Source of the DNA: Atractiella rhizophila
Taxonomy: Eukaryota
Length of the DNA: 64,000 nt
Assembly: GCA_021432655.1 (NCBI GenBank)
Contig: MU271267.1
Location: forward strand, 1 to 64,000
Direction of reading: 5' to 3'
Part shown: in pieces, positions 38,102-51,300 of the stretch
Numbering within the stretch: position 1 is the stretch's first letter
Layout of the letters: the number at the start of each line of letters is the position of its first letter
The notes under the pieces: model-generated
What the model saw: the letters and a program-made list of their open reading frames with translations, nothing else
Told to the model about the DNA's origin: nothing
Databases searched by the model: none
Translations under genes and position numbers: made by a program

Positions 38102-38515
38102 TGGAGAAGGCACTTTGTAATTCTCGTCCATGTACAACGCGACCGGGCTGACTCTCATAATTGTGATGGCTCAGCAGAAGGAAATGCCTTCGAACACGCC
38201 CGATGGCGCAGAAGGCTTGTGCCATGATTTGCTACCACTTTGGTTATGGGCTGGGAGGGTACCACTAAGCCTATCAACTTAGTTCAGGGATTGACCAGAG
38301 TCCTTTGAACCGAAGTTTAGTATAGCTCATCAAAAATATGTACAATACAAAAATGTTACTGGCATTGTAATTACAACGAAGTATTTATAGAGGTGGCTGC
38401 AAACTCAAAGAACTTGTGTGGGGGACGTGAGCGCTCCTCTTGGTAGCTGGGCAAATGTTTAGATCACGATCTGGGAGGATTAGGGCATCCTGACGTCCCA
38501 TTAATTTTAACCAAC

Positions 38516-38959
38516 TATCAGGTTTGCATCTCATGCAAATCGGCGCCCGTTCGCCGAATTGCATCTCCTAATGCCCATTTGTGTTCCCTACGAATCAGCG
38601 CCCGTTCGCTACTCTGCGTCTCCCCGTCTGCAAATCGGTGCCCGGCTGCCCGTTCGCCCATTTGCACCTCCATCACCTCTTAGCCCAATTGTGTCCATTC
38701 TCCTCTTATTAACCCCACATAATCCCACGGTCACTTTCCCCTTTTAGTCCTCTTATATGTTTCATCTGCTCTCCTCTATGCTCTGTGGCAGTACTATTCC
38801 ACTTGTAAATAGATCGGAGAGTAGTGGAGGTGACCTTAGAGTATTCTCTTAGGTTTATCCCCACTACCAGTTAGTCTTCATGTTATATCATGCTCTTAGG
38901 TTTATCTCCACTACAGACGCATCGCCCGTCAGCGACCGCACATAGTGTCAGCCCTAGCA
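38516..38959 (+). mobile_element. Solo LTR, family A (degraded termini)
   Basis: Homologous end to end with 45936-46392. Termini are tatcagg...cctagca. Flanks CCAAC/CTAAT are compatible with a 5-bp TSD with two C>T changes. Confidence 0.8.
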
Positions 38960-39743
38960 CTAATTCGATTCATCTTTGCAGCCTGGGAAAGTGGGAGGGG
39001 GAGCATCAAACCAGATAATATTCACGAGTGCAGGTATAGAGGGCTTCCTTTCAAAAGCATTGATTCTAACTGCCAGGTTGAATATCTGTCCCCACTCCAC
39101 CACTTGAATCACTTCATTCATACACAGAGGGTTAATTCTTTTCGCCCAACACACAACCAAAACATCCTCCTGCTTGAAGTCCATGACCTGAACAAAGCTC
39201 AAGGAGGGCCTTTGTCAAGCTCAAACATGTCCATTCCCTGGACGCAGCACCTTCCCGACCAATCTACGGCACCCCGTTTGTCTCGGATAGAAGAAAGAGT
39301 ATATGCACTCTTCAGGAGTAATGCTGCTGTCGTCCAAGTGTATCTTACCGGAGATAAAAGAATAAATGGATTGAAATTTCACAGAAATACGTGCTCACAT
39401 CGCCAAAACATCACTAGTACAGCACGATTGTGTTAGGGCTGACACTATGTGCGGTCGCCAATAGTGGATGCATCTGCAGTGGAGGTAAACCTAAGTGAAT
39501 AGTATGGCATGAGAAGACTAACCTGTAGTGGAGGTAAACCTAAGAGAATACTCTAAGGTCACCACCACTACATCTTGATGTATATATACATATGTAAGGG
39601 CCCGCCATAAACTGTAAAGTATGTCTCTTGAAACATGTAGAATAGCTAGATCAGGAAAGCATCAAGGGGAGTAATCGGAAATAAGATATACTGAGCAATA
39701 CAAGTGAAAAAGGATGTCAAGACGAAATGGTGATGGTACAGAC

Positions 39744-40058
39744 TGTTAGATGCAGGTCCTGGAGCATGGGAGCATGTAGAGGTTCAGAGTAGTAGTATTT
39801 GCCATGCCAGAACAAACATGCGGCACTTCATTACAGAACCGGGCTTTAAAAGGAGGCAACAAGTTCTTTTCTTTTTTTCCCCCAATCACACTATCCATCA
39901 TTTTGCTTGAGCTCATCCACGTATGATTGGGGAACACTTAGGTATGCATTCATGTTCATATACTTTGTAATAAATCACACTATCCATCATTTTGCTGTAG
40001 CTCATCCATGTGTGATTAGTGAACACTTAGAACACTTAGCCCAAGCCAAAATTTTACT
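39744..40058. mobile_element. ~315-bp insert, probably a solo LTR of a third family
   Basis: Absent from the other family-B copies. Flanked by CAGAC (39739-39743 and 40059-40063), starts TGTTAG, and has an internal ~55-bp duplication (39886-39941, 39974-40030). Does not end in CA. Confidence 0.6.
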
Positions 40059-40314
40059 CAGACGGGCGAAATGTATAAGGTTTGCTGAGCGGCAATTCGT
40101 GTGAGAAGAGGGAAAGCAACGGATAGCACAGGTATGTGCAAAGCAGCGATGGGTAGACACGCGATCCTATGAAATAGGAAAGTAGGTCACGTGACTTTGG
40201 ATGATGTATTTCGGTAATGTGTAAGAACAAGCCTGCAACTACGATACTGCAAAAAAAACCCACTCCCTAATAATCACATCAAAACCGACTCTCCAACACA
40301 AACCACCCACCACC

Positions 40315-42147
40315 ATGCCCCAGAAAGGCCCCAACCCCTCGCAAGAGGGCGGAAAGGCCACTTCTGGAACTGGGAAAGGAGGGGAAATGCGAGTAGAATT
40401 TGCACCAACTTCTACACGCGCCCCCCCCCGATCCCCAAAGCCAGCTCTCCACCGCAGGTGCTAACAAAGGAGGAACCATGAGGAATAGCCAGAGGGCTGT
40501 CGATGAAAGCGATGGAGGAAGAAGGGCCAATAGTACGTACCTCGTTGATAAGAGTGGTTCGAACTGGGAGTCTGCCCCATCTCATTCCATCCATGCCACC
40601 CCTTCCTTTCCAAGAGTTGTGGATGTTTTGGGCATTGATGAAGAGATCCAAAACGATCCGGTCCAACTTTTGGACTTTACGTTCACAGAATTTCGTGCTA
40701 TGTGCAGGAACAACAAACTTAGGAATGCTAGAGGGGAATTTAAAACGGATCAAACCGTAGTAGACAATATCAGTACCCTTCTAAAAACATGTCTCTCTCT
40801 CCTCAAGGTAGACCCTCTTAGTGAAATGTGTCACATCTCTCGCAATCAAGTTATCACAAACAAGTCAATCGAATTGATTCTAGACAGACTAGATGGGATT
40901 GAAAGCAAACTCGCAGAAGGAATCCACGTTCGTGAAAGGAACGACATCCGACCCGCTTGGGTCCCGGATGCAAAGGATTTCTCTCCACTTAGCCTTCTTC
41001 CATCACTTCTAGACATAAAAAATGCTCCTATCCGTTCAAAGGCCGCTTCTAAGAAAGCTCGCCAGAGGAGAAATCACTTCAAAAAGCTGATACTTTTCCC
41101 TCCACCTGATTGGAATGCCCATTATGTTGATAAACCCGAAGCGGACCTGCTCACTCAGGTGAACAATGCTCTAGTTAAAAGAATGGTGTTCAGAGAACCA
41201 ACAAGAGATGAGACCCCCGAAGAACAGGATAACAGTATTGTTGCTGCGTCAGCAGTCAACAAACTACCTGGAGGGGGACTAACTCTATGGTTCAACTACG
41301 CTGTCGATTGTAACAGGGCTACGGAAACCATTACAGAGTGGCTTGACGCATGCGGTGAACTTAAGGGAGACATTCAGAATGTTCCAACGGACGTGGTGGT
41401 GATTCACAGAGTCCCAACAGACTGGAGCATAAAGGATGAGAATCATGTCAAGAAGTTACTTCTTGAGCGAAACAATTGGACGGAGACAGACATTCTGAAG
41501 AAAGCATTCAAGGACAAGGATGTAGAAAGCAGCGCTCTGAAAAGCTTCTCATCCTTGCTGATATTCTTCAAAGACGGCAAAGTCGTGGACGACGCCATTG
41601 AAAGAGGAGTGCTCTTCACTGGCAGATGCCTCAATGCTGAAAAATCGATTTGAGTCTTACCTCAGTGTTTCAACTGTTTTCAACTGGGACACTTTGGCAG
41701 AAATTGCCATAGAAAAGGCAGACCAGTCTGCGGAGCTTGTGCGGAAGATCATGACACAAAAAACTGCATGAAAAACCTCTCCTGCTTCATGCAAGAGGGC
41801 ACTGATCCCACACCATGTGGCGATAATCCCCCTTCTCTTGCAGGAATGCCCTGACCTCACATTAGGGTCTCTCTGCGATGTGCCTACTGTGGAGATAAGG
41901 GACACGGCGCCCATGGCGCATACGGAGGAGACAATTGCCTGAGAAAAAGAGCAGACAGAGCAAAGGCGAGAGTCATAGAGAAGGAATTGGGAGAATTCTT
42001 TGAGAAGGAGGACGACTGGGATGATGAACCGGAAAGGGGCACCCAGAAGTCCAGAGGGAGAACATATGGAAAAAGAGAACACCCCAAACCGAGAAACGGA
42101 GAGTCAAACGTCAGAGTTGCCGGTATTGAGCAACAATGAAGTCGTGA
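40315..42147 (+). pseudogene. LINE ORF1 (gag-like, zinc knuckles)
   Basis: The 417-aa frame continues past TGA 41651 into PQCFNCFQLGHFGRNC, CGACAEDHDTKNC and CAYCGDKGH. Start is approximate. Confidence 0.8.
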
Positions 42148-45100
42148 ATGATAGATGAAATATTTAGATGGTCTGATGACGAAAGCGACACATCTTCAGA
42201 CAGTGGAAATAACCCACCTGCTCCTCCTATTACCCCCATTTCACTTCGCCGGAAAAAATACATTACCATCATACAACAAAACCACCATGAAAGGGGTACT
42301 ATTACACATTCTTTTATGAACTCGAATGACAGATTAGCGGACATCATCCTTATTCAAGAACCCACCCACAGTCCTTCCTGACAGTGGAACCCTTATACGC
42401 TTCCCAGGATACAAAGCAGTGCTATCAAAAAGATCAAAACATCTGACTCGAGGTCAGAAATCTCACGCTCAATCATCCTGGTTAATCTAAAAACCTTCGA
42501 AGGAGACTCCTTTACTGAGATCCCAACCAAATTTCCAGACACTTCCGCAATCATGATTTCACTGAGCGGAGGGGAGCATCTCTTTATCGTCAACGTATAC
42601 AATGCAGCAGGAGGAACACGATCCATAGACAACGTCATAACACTCCTTGCTGATTCAAAAGAGAGAGGGTTGCTGGGTGAAGAAGACCTGGTATATGTAG
42701 GGGGGGACTTCAATCTGCATCACTGCGAGTGGAACCCTGAAGGGTACACCCGCACGGATGGCAATGCGGAATATCTCCTTGAAAGTTTTGAGGAAATAGG
42801 TCTCACCTTACGCTCACAAAGAGGCGTTCCATTGTACATCAGCGCTTTAGGCTACGAGACTACTATCCATCTCATTTTCACTAACGAAACAGCTGACGAA
42901 TACATAACATACTGTGTTACTGACCGAGGGGGAGACAGTCACAACTCTGACCATTACAAGTTAGTGACCAAACTTTCACTACTCCCGACAGCCTTCGATC
43001 CACGTCCCCAATATAACACCCAGTCAGCTAATTGGGAGCTGGTAAGGGAACACCTACAAAAGTCTGACCTACTTGCAGGGATCCCAGGGGATGTGGACGG
43101 GCTTTCGACGCGAGAAAGGATAGACGATGCAGTTGAACTCCTCACAGCGGCGTTGATTGAAGGTATGAAGCTAATACCTTTAGCATCTAAAGGACAATAA
43201 ACAAAGCGATGGTGGACGGATCATCTGTCAGAGAAGCGAAAGATGGTCAACAAACTTCGTAACAGGTTTCTCAAAGCTAAGAAAAGGGGCAGCGAGGAAA
43301 CTATGGAGGAAACCCACCTATGATGGCGTGGAGTGGCTAACCAGTTCCACGCTGATATCAGGCAGGCAAAGTCCCAACACTTCGAAGATTTCCTCACTGA
43401 CCTGGACAAAAACTCAATATGGACGGCGCATAAGTACGGAAAGAGGGAGGAACAGTGTCGTGACATCCCTCCCCTCACTGACCCAAACAGTCCCGATGAC
43501 ACTGTTTCCTCCCCAGCTGAAAAAGCATCTCTTTTGCATTCCTCATTTAACCCCTCCGCTCGACACTGCGACCTCTCTGACATTCCATCCCCATCCCCTT
43601 CCTCTGCCCCCTCCGTTCCGCTAAAGATTGATGATCCCCCCTCTCTCCTATTCTCTACCTGTTTTACAATGCTGATCTCCTTGAAATACAGGCGCCGGAA
43701 GGGGAATCTCTCAAATGCGGGTTCGTAGACGACATCCACATGAATGCCCGTCCGATGAACCCTCCGACGGCCATTGCTAACCTTGAGGTGATGCTCGACA
43801 AAGCAATGGTCTGGGGTGAGAAACATGGTGCCATTTTCGAGGAAGCCAAGACGGACTTCGTCCTCTACGGGAAACTTAAGGGGATGAACAACCATAAAGC
43901 AGTCGCTTGAGATGAAATACCTGGGAATGCCCTCGATTCCAGGTTAACTTTCAATTCTCATTTAAAAGCGATCGAGAAGAAGGCGAAGTCCTCGCTCTCC
44001 CTTCTGGCAACACTCTCCAACACCACAAAAGGAATACCTCTATCACGCTATCGGTGCCTCTTTGAGACTGCAATCTGCGCAATGACGGACAACAATGCCA
44101 TTATCTGGCACCACCTTGGAAAGAAAGCAGGAGGAGCCGCTCGCCTCGAAATCGTCCAACGGTATGCCCAACACCTCATGCTAGGAGCCTTCCGCACCAC
44201 CCCAGCCCCTGCTCTCTCCTACGATTCAAACCTCCCTCCGGTCGTAGCCAGACTGGACAAAGTAGTAACACGAGCCATGGTCAGGCTATTATCCCTTCTG
44301 CACACCAACCCAGCAGGAGTCATTGCACAACCCTCATCTCAACCGCCCCCCGAGAAAACACTGCTCCCCTCTGAACTCTCTCGTCGGATCGAAACACTTC
44401 AACTTACCTCGAGACCTCGAAATCATCCCTTTCTTTTCCACTCACCCAGGACACACGCCTCCATTTGACTCCTTCATCACTGATTCAAAGGAAGACGAGG
44501 GGGAGATCTGGATTTTCATGGATGGCTCGAGGACAGAGGAAGGGGTAGCTTGTGGCCTGGCTATGACAAATCCAAAGACGGCGGCAGGGTATAGGCTTAG
44601 CAACTACGACGACAACACAGTTTTCGAAGCGGAACTCATGGGCATTGATCGCGGCCTGGCTTGAGCATCGTGCTCAATAACTCACGAGGAACACTTTCCT
44701 CGGTCTGTATATTCATGGATTCCCAGGCAGCAGTCAAGAATTTGTCGAAAAAACCCAAATGCAAACCGGGAATTGGTATTGTCCTCAACATCATTAGGCC
44801 AACAAATTTCGAGATCTCTTCCCGGTATGCTCCGTCTCCCTTCACTGGATCCCTGGGCACAACAACATCAAGGGTAACGAACTCGCAGACACAGCCACAA
44901 ACAAAGCCACAGATCCAGAATCAGCTCAAGGTCACATCAGAATCCCACGAAGCCCCTCCGCTCTCAAAGCAATCATCACCACTGACAAATTCATCCCCAG
45001 GGTACCCGCCCCTCCAGTCTCTTCCGGCAAACACCACCGCTCCTTAGCACGGCACTTATCCTCCGAACAGACCTTCGAAATGCTAAAGGAAATGCCACGA

Positions 45101-45496
45101 GCACAGGCATCGATCTTCGTCCAACTGCGATCTGGTCACATCTCTAACAACAACTACCTGCATCGAATAGGAATTGCGGAAGAACCGAACTGCAACTCCT
45201 GCGGCAAGAGGGATACGGTCACCCACCTCTTTTTTGAATGTGAGGAGCATGAGGAAGAAAGAAGAAAACTTAGAAGGAGACTCGCGAAAAAGGATGTTCG
45301 TTTCAGATCCCTGGACGACCTGCTGAGCGAACCGGAGGCGACGCAGGCGGTATGGGAATTTATTAGACGGAGCGGGAAATTCAAGTTATGGATCACAAGG
45401 GTGCAGAGGGTTTTGGATAGAAGGAAGGCAAAAAGGAAACAATCGGCGGAGGCAAGAGGAGAAAAGGACGACAGCAGGGAGGATTGGGAAGATTAA
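42148..45496 (+). pseudogene. LINE ORF2: APE endonuclease, RT remnant, RNase H and CCHC finger
   Basis: APE motifs IIQQN, DIILIQEP, GGDFNLHH and SDH. RT remnant GFVDDI (~43720) and KYLG. RNase H motifs FMDGS, VFEAEL, DSQAA and WIPGH..GNELAD. Finger CNSCGKRDTVTHLFFEC. Stops and frameshifts throughout. Confidence 0.85.
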
Positions 45497-45935
45497 AGAC
45501 AACAAGTTACGTCCACATTTTTCACTTCCGAACTGAGGCACCTTTGCAGGAACCCAACGCACGACGGAGGTCAGAACTCATTTCACCTACACACGGGTCC
45601 CCAAGGAGGAACACAATCTGCCATTCAGCATCTTCTAAGCATAACTTATCTCACACAAATAGCCATCGCGATTCAGTAACCCCCCACTCGGTCTTACTTC
45701 TACTAGTGCCATAACATTGTAAGGGGATTGTTGGGGGCCTTTTTCTTTACACATTACACGTATACTTCGCTTAGTTAACCCATTCATAGCCAATTTCGAC
45801 TCGTAAACCGTGTTTCTTTTCAATAATGTGATATCCCCCAGAATGTAGAGCTACGTTCACTATAGTCTGACAGCTCTGAAATATGATCACAACAACAAGC
45901 TTGACAGATTGCTACCACTCACCATGGCTGATCTT

Positions 45936-46392
45936 TGTCAGGTTTACATCTTATGCAAATTGGCGCCCGTTTGCTGGATTGCGTCTCCTATCGCCCATTT
46001 GTGTTCCCCGCAAATCAGCGCCTGTTTGCCTGTTTACATTCTATACAAATCTGTCTCCCGTCGCCGATTTGCACTGCGTCGCCTGTTCACCCATTTGTGC
46101 CTCCATCACCACTTAGCCCAATTGTGCCTATCCTCCTCTTATTAACTCCGTGTAATCCCACTGTCACTTCCCCTTTTAGTTCTCTTATATGTTTCATCTG
46201 CTCTCCTCTACGCTCTGTGACAGTGTTATCCCGCTTGTATATATAGATCTAGAGTAGTGGAGGTGACCTTAGAGCATTCTCTTAGGTTTATCTCCACTAC
46301 AGGTTAGTCTTCATGTTATATCATGCTCTTAGGTTTATCTCCACTACAGACGCATCGCCTGTCAGCGACCGCACATAGTGTCTGCCCTAACA
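45936..46392 (+). mobile_element. Solo LTR, family A (457 bp)
   Basis: tgtcagg...cctaaca termini; perfect TSD ATCTT at 45931-45935 and 46393-46397. Confidence 0.9.
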
Positions 46393-47479
46393 ATCTTCTA
46401 GATGAAATCACAGTGGGGTTTGTCGATGTAAAAGAGCCCACAAAAGGCATGCTGAAAAATGCTTTGCACTGTCGTAGACATATCATTGCCCACTTTTTCA
46501 TGTTTCTGAAAGAGAATCATCCCCTATATCGTGACTTTGAGATGGACAGTGAAGCACTAGCTCGCCTCGCTGCTTATCCAGAAGATGGTATGTCTCAGTG
46601 TCTATTTCAAAGTATAATAAAGGACATCTGAAATGATGCTGAAGAGATATTCACTAAAGAAAACGTTGGTTTGAGTGAACATCCTGCAGAGCTTGTGTAA
46701 AGTTTGTCAGCTCAAGCTGCTTCAGATGGCCGTCCATTCTGCTTGAAACAATGGGTATGATTGATCCTGATCAAAGTTCCATAACAGCACGAAGTCTCAA
46801 AGCTGCTTTAAGAAATCTTGACACAAAAAAGGACAATCCTGACCTCATATTATATTGTAGCTCTGAAGCAGAGAATGAATATTATAACCCAAACCTTTTC
46901 CGGGTATGTTTCCTTTCTTCTTTCCTTATGGTGTTGGTCGATTCAAAATCCCTTCTATGCTGATAAAAAAAAGTGGAAATCAAGTTCCTTATCCCAACAA
47001 GCGATATCAGGCTATTGGCATGGATTTACAATGTAACTATTATCTTGATTTGTATGACCGTTCAGTTCGCCACTATCCATTCTTCATGTTCGTAGCTCTG
47101 AACATTGTACAGCGTCGTATTGCACACCTCAACGTTGCTTTTACCGTTCGTAAAGACAGTTTGACACCATTGCGGAGAAGTTAGCATCATTTTCAGAGGA
47201 ATTAATTGATTCTGTTGCAAATCATCTTGAATGGGAAGACAAATACACTGATTACATACAGAATCGGCATGAAGTATTGACAGTGCTTAAGGAGGTCAAT
47301 TCCATTGCTGCAAATACTGGGCTCGCAGGCATCTAAGCTGTATTTATGTGCAGAAGTACGATCATTTATAGCTTGTTTTGGCATGCCTTGTATTTTTCTC
47401 ACAATGAATCCAAATCCTGCTCAAGTAGACTTACATTATCGCTCAGCAAGTCACACCTATTTTATCATAACATGAAAGC

Positions 47480-47730
47480 CCTCGGTCATAATATTTCAAA
47501 CCTAGGCATCATGACAGACAAGAAGAATGTTGAAGCTATACTGAGACGGTAAAAGAAGTACAACGTTTCCCGGGCATGATTGTATATTATCACAAGTTCA
47601 TTGGAAACTGTGCAAACTGTGTGCTCCTATCATGAAACTACTCAAAAAGGAGACTGACTTCAGGCGGGACAGAAGAATGTCAACAGTCTTTCGAAAAGTT
47701 GCTTCAGGTCCTTAGTTCTGCACCAGCGAC
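47480..47730 (+). mobile_element. Ty3/Gypsy pol fragment (RT C-terminus/connection)
   Basis: LGHNISNLGIMTDKKNVEAI, KEVQRFPGMIVYYHKFI and TEECQQSFEKLLQVLSSAP, in shifting frames. Confidence 0.7.
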
Positions 47731-48374
47731 GCACCACACTCCGTTTTCGAAATTCTCCATTATCTGCACTTCAATTATTCTTTTTAAAAGCCTGCTACCC
47801 CTTCATTTCGAGTTGGACGCCTCTGCGCACCTCAATCTTCGCTTCAGTCACGTTCGCAGTGGCCAGCACGCCTTCATAGTCTCCGGTTTGGTTTGCGACG
47901 ACGTGTGATGTCACACTGAACAGGAGGACTGTCCCTCGCCACTCCTCATCATCATTCAACTATCGTCTCAGTCTCCCAACACTGTTCATAGTGTTCATAG
48001 TCAACTCGACTCCGGCTCTTTCAATTTTCCTCAATCCTCCACATTTCTCAAAAGCGCTAGGGCTTCTGTATCACCTCTTGATTTCTCGGCTCCCCCTTAA
48101 TCAAGATCATTGCACTCATGCTCGTCCCACATTACCTCTTCCTCATCGCTCAGGGCTCGACTCACCTACTCCTTCCTCCTCCAGTTCCCGGTCTCGATCT
48201 CCCTTGCAACTCAGTCACTCTCAGACTCCTCTATCATAGACAGGCTCTTGCAGCACCCCCACTTCTCCTCGCAAATCTCGACGGTTCCATCCATCCAAGA
48301 CCACAGCTCGAACTACAAGCCCCCAACCGACCTTCGCCTGCTATCCATCGCAAGTAGGAGAACGATTCTGGGGT

Positions 48375-51300
48375 GGATATGACGATCATAGCACGGCCGA
48401 GCAGCATGCCGATGCTGAGGGTGGAGTGGCCAGAGAGGGAAGTGCGACGAGGGGCAGAAAGAGAAGGGCGGAAGGCGAGGCGGGAGGTGGAGTTTCAGCA
48501 TCAAGATGGAGTCGCTCGACTGAACGGGAAAGAAAGTGCAGGAAGCGTGAACGGAATCGAGGACCGGCAGCAGAGGTATGTTAAAGAAGTTCGCTCACAA
48601 GGCCTCGCTGACATCAAATGTCAGGGGACAACTCCGTGTCCTTTTTGTGGAAAGCCGGTCAGACCCAGTTACCTCTACTGTCATCAAACATCGAACAAGG
48701 ATTGCAGGACCGCTCGGGCTGGTCAGGAAAGGTATGTATTCTACTTAAATCTCTAGCTGAAACTTATGCTATTGTGGTGCTCACGCTCAATAGCTTTCAA
48801 GCTCTGTACATGTCCTCAATCGATGCCACTCCGGTCTCGCAGCAAAGTCCTGTTGACTCTGTTCTCGCTGCGCCGATTCAACCTGCTTCATTCTTTGGAA
48901 ATGCCTCTTGCAACTCATCGCTCGCACCTCCACCCGCCTCCTCCTCCTCAGCTCCCGCACCTCAACGTGCTTTCTCCTACCTTGCTCCATTCAACACTCA
49001 ATTGTGCACGGGGTATAAGTTCTCATTACCGTCACATTGTGGGCCTGCTGCACTCTGCTATCCTCACGCCGCGATTTCCCTCTACCAGAGCAAAGTCGGG
49101 AAGTACGCCAATGACGGGACGGATATCTGGCTTTTTCATTCGCAATGTGAAGGAGAGACGGTTGGAGTGAGAAGGGATGGGACCGCGTTTATTTGTCTTG
49201 CCTGTTCAAGTTTGAAGGATGATACCAAGGTTCAAGCCTGGCAGGAGTCGGCTCAGAAAGATTCGTTTTCCGTACATGCGCCACTAGGAAAGTTTGGTCA
49301 TTTGCACCATCAGAGCCACTTGGAGGAGATGGAGAGAAGAAGGCAGCACTTACGGAATGAGGTTCGTCCTCCTTTCGTGATTAGACTGTACTGGCACAGA
49401 CTGACTCTGGGTTAGGTTGTTGCTCTGAATCGGAAAGAGGAGCGGATGAGGAGACAACTGCGATTATTCCAAGATCTCCTGCGGGCGATAGCAGATGCCG
49501 ATATCCCTCGCATCAATGTTGTTATGCGAAACTGTTTCAAAGCAAAAATGGGGCGCTGACGTATTATTTCAAAAATCTATGCCATCGCGACTGGAAAGGT
49601 ATCGCTCCGCTCATATTCACTCAAAGAATATGAATTATCGCTTTCTCTCTTACGCATCGGTGGCAACAGGCTAGTCCACATCTTCCATAAAGCTGCCAAT
49701 TTCCCCTCTCTTCGGCAAGTCCAACGGTTTGCCAATCCCCTCCAACTCTGGATCTCTTCAGGGAAGGTTCGCGAGGAAGAAATCAGGCACAATCTGGACC
49801 TTGCCGCCGTTGCCGAGTCTGACGGGGATCACTCAGATACGACATCCACTACATCGTCGCAAGACTCCGAAGATTCTGAAACCAGCTCACTCGATGACCT
49901 TGAGCAGGTATCGACGGCTCCGCTTTTTGAGTCTGTACCAGAACACCCCGACGGTGCCTCTCTTCCTCCGGTTCATACACCTCAGCTTCCATCTCTTCGC
50001 ACCATCCCCTCCAGGAAAGTTGGTTCGTTTCGTATGGACTGTGATCAAAAGCCAGCATGTTACTCGACGGCACAAGACGAGACTGCATGCGAAGGGAAGA
50101 TTCAGTGGGACTTCCACACTAACCGCCGGCTGGGGGTCTGTAAAGAGCATGGAAGCGAAGTGAAGAAGAGTTTTCAACAAGAGGAAGACTTAGACAACCT
50201 GGCGAAGTCGTATGACCGTGGGGAATGGCACAGAGTGTCGAAGGCTTCGTTTGTGGTTTATAACAAGAACACTCGTTGTGGTTCGATTTCTTTATACTCT
50301 GCTAGGTTTGAGGCTGACGCTAAACTTCTTAGGTTATGGCTGCAAGATTATGTCCGTGTGATGTTGTGGCATGGGGTTGACAGATGAGATGATCCAAGAA
50401 GATATGTGACTTCATGACAGAGTGTTCAAGGAATGGTTGGAGAAGAGTCGACCAGGTAGCGTCCACGTTACTAGCTGCAGTGACGGAGATGGAGGGCGTC
50501 GTCGGAATGCCCAAGTCATTTATCGGGAGTCGAAACTGCTGGAAGCCGTTTCCGAGTTTGCCGACCTTCTCCCCCTCGACCTCCCTTTCTTCGATGATGC
50601 CTGCTCAGAATGTGGAGTGGTCTATTGTGTCGACCCAAAGCACATTTGGAAGAGAACGAACTTGGCTCACGCGAAACCACGGCTTACGTCTTGGAGCAAC
50701 CCTTTTGACAGTGGACCGTCATCTTGAATGGCTTCAAAGCGACATCCTGAGCTCTGAGTATGAGTGGCAGCGCCTCTTCTTCGAGGATGATGCTCAAAAT
50801 GTTCCAGCCGCAACTGGCTTCATCCATCGCTTCATTCAACTTCAGGACCTCCAAGTCCCCATGGACAGTGATCCTTGCATTCTCACAGAGTGGCGAGCGT
50901 ATCAGCTTCTGGCCAAGATTCTTGAATTGATCCTCCTCAGCTTTGTCAATCCTAATAACTCTCTCCCGATCAACTACGCCAGCTCGCACACGCTGCTGCC
51001 CTCCTCTACGCTTGCTACTTGAAGCATGCCGGACATTTCTGCCCGTGGCAAATCTATATGACCTTCTCACCGTCGTATCCTCCGCTTGGGTTTCAGCTCT
51101 CCGTCAAGCGAAGGTTGATCCTAATGGCGAGGTATTTCTGGGTTTTCTCGGTTCAGATCGGTTGAAGGACTCTTTTCTATTTTTCGGTGTCTGAAAGGAA
51201 CTCAGAAAGTATTCGATATGTTACAAGCTGCGCATAGCTCAGTGGCAGCGATGGAGATTGAAGACCTTTTGAACGGGAAATATAGCTACTGTCGACCAAA

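Larger units (their letters stand above)
40236..45893 (+). mobile_element. Tad1-like non-LTR retrotransposon (LINE), degenerate, RT core largely deleted
   Basis: TSD AACAAGCCTG (40226-40235) / AACAAGCTTG (45894-45903); short AAC tail; ORF1 plus ORF2 architecture. Confidence 0.85.
39431..45906 (-). mobile_element. Solo LTR, family B, split by two later insertions (pieces 39431-39743, 40059-40235, 45894-45906)
   Basis: Starts tgttagggc and ends ttgaca; perfect TSD GATTG at 39426-39430 and 45907-45911; pieces are collinear with 20818-21258. Confidence 0.85.
39270..47420 (+). mobile_element. Helitron RepHel fragment (region upstream of and entering Rep), interrupted by nested insertions
   Basis: Removing the inserts gives the continuous frame HRQNITSTARLLPLTMADLLDEITVGFVD...RRHIIAHFFMFLKENHPLYRD. 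Downstream NEYYNPNLF, MFPFFFPYGVG, FMFVALNIVQRR and FLTMNPNP match fungal Helitron motifs. Confidence 0.75.

Noticed and set aside
2809..45893. Diversity-generating retroelement as the cause of LRR variability
   Set aside because: No template/variable repeat pair and no obvious adenine-only bias were seen; the RT remnants here are LINE and Gypsy types.
45883..46631. ORFs within solo LTRs (e.g. LLGLSPLQTHRL..., repeated at 56325)
   Set aside because: Incidental frames in non-coding LTR sequence that run into unrelated flanks.
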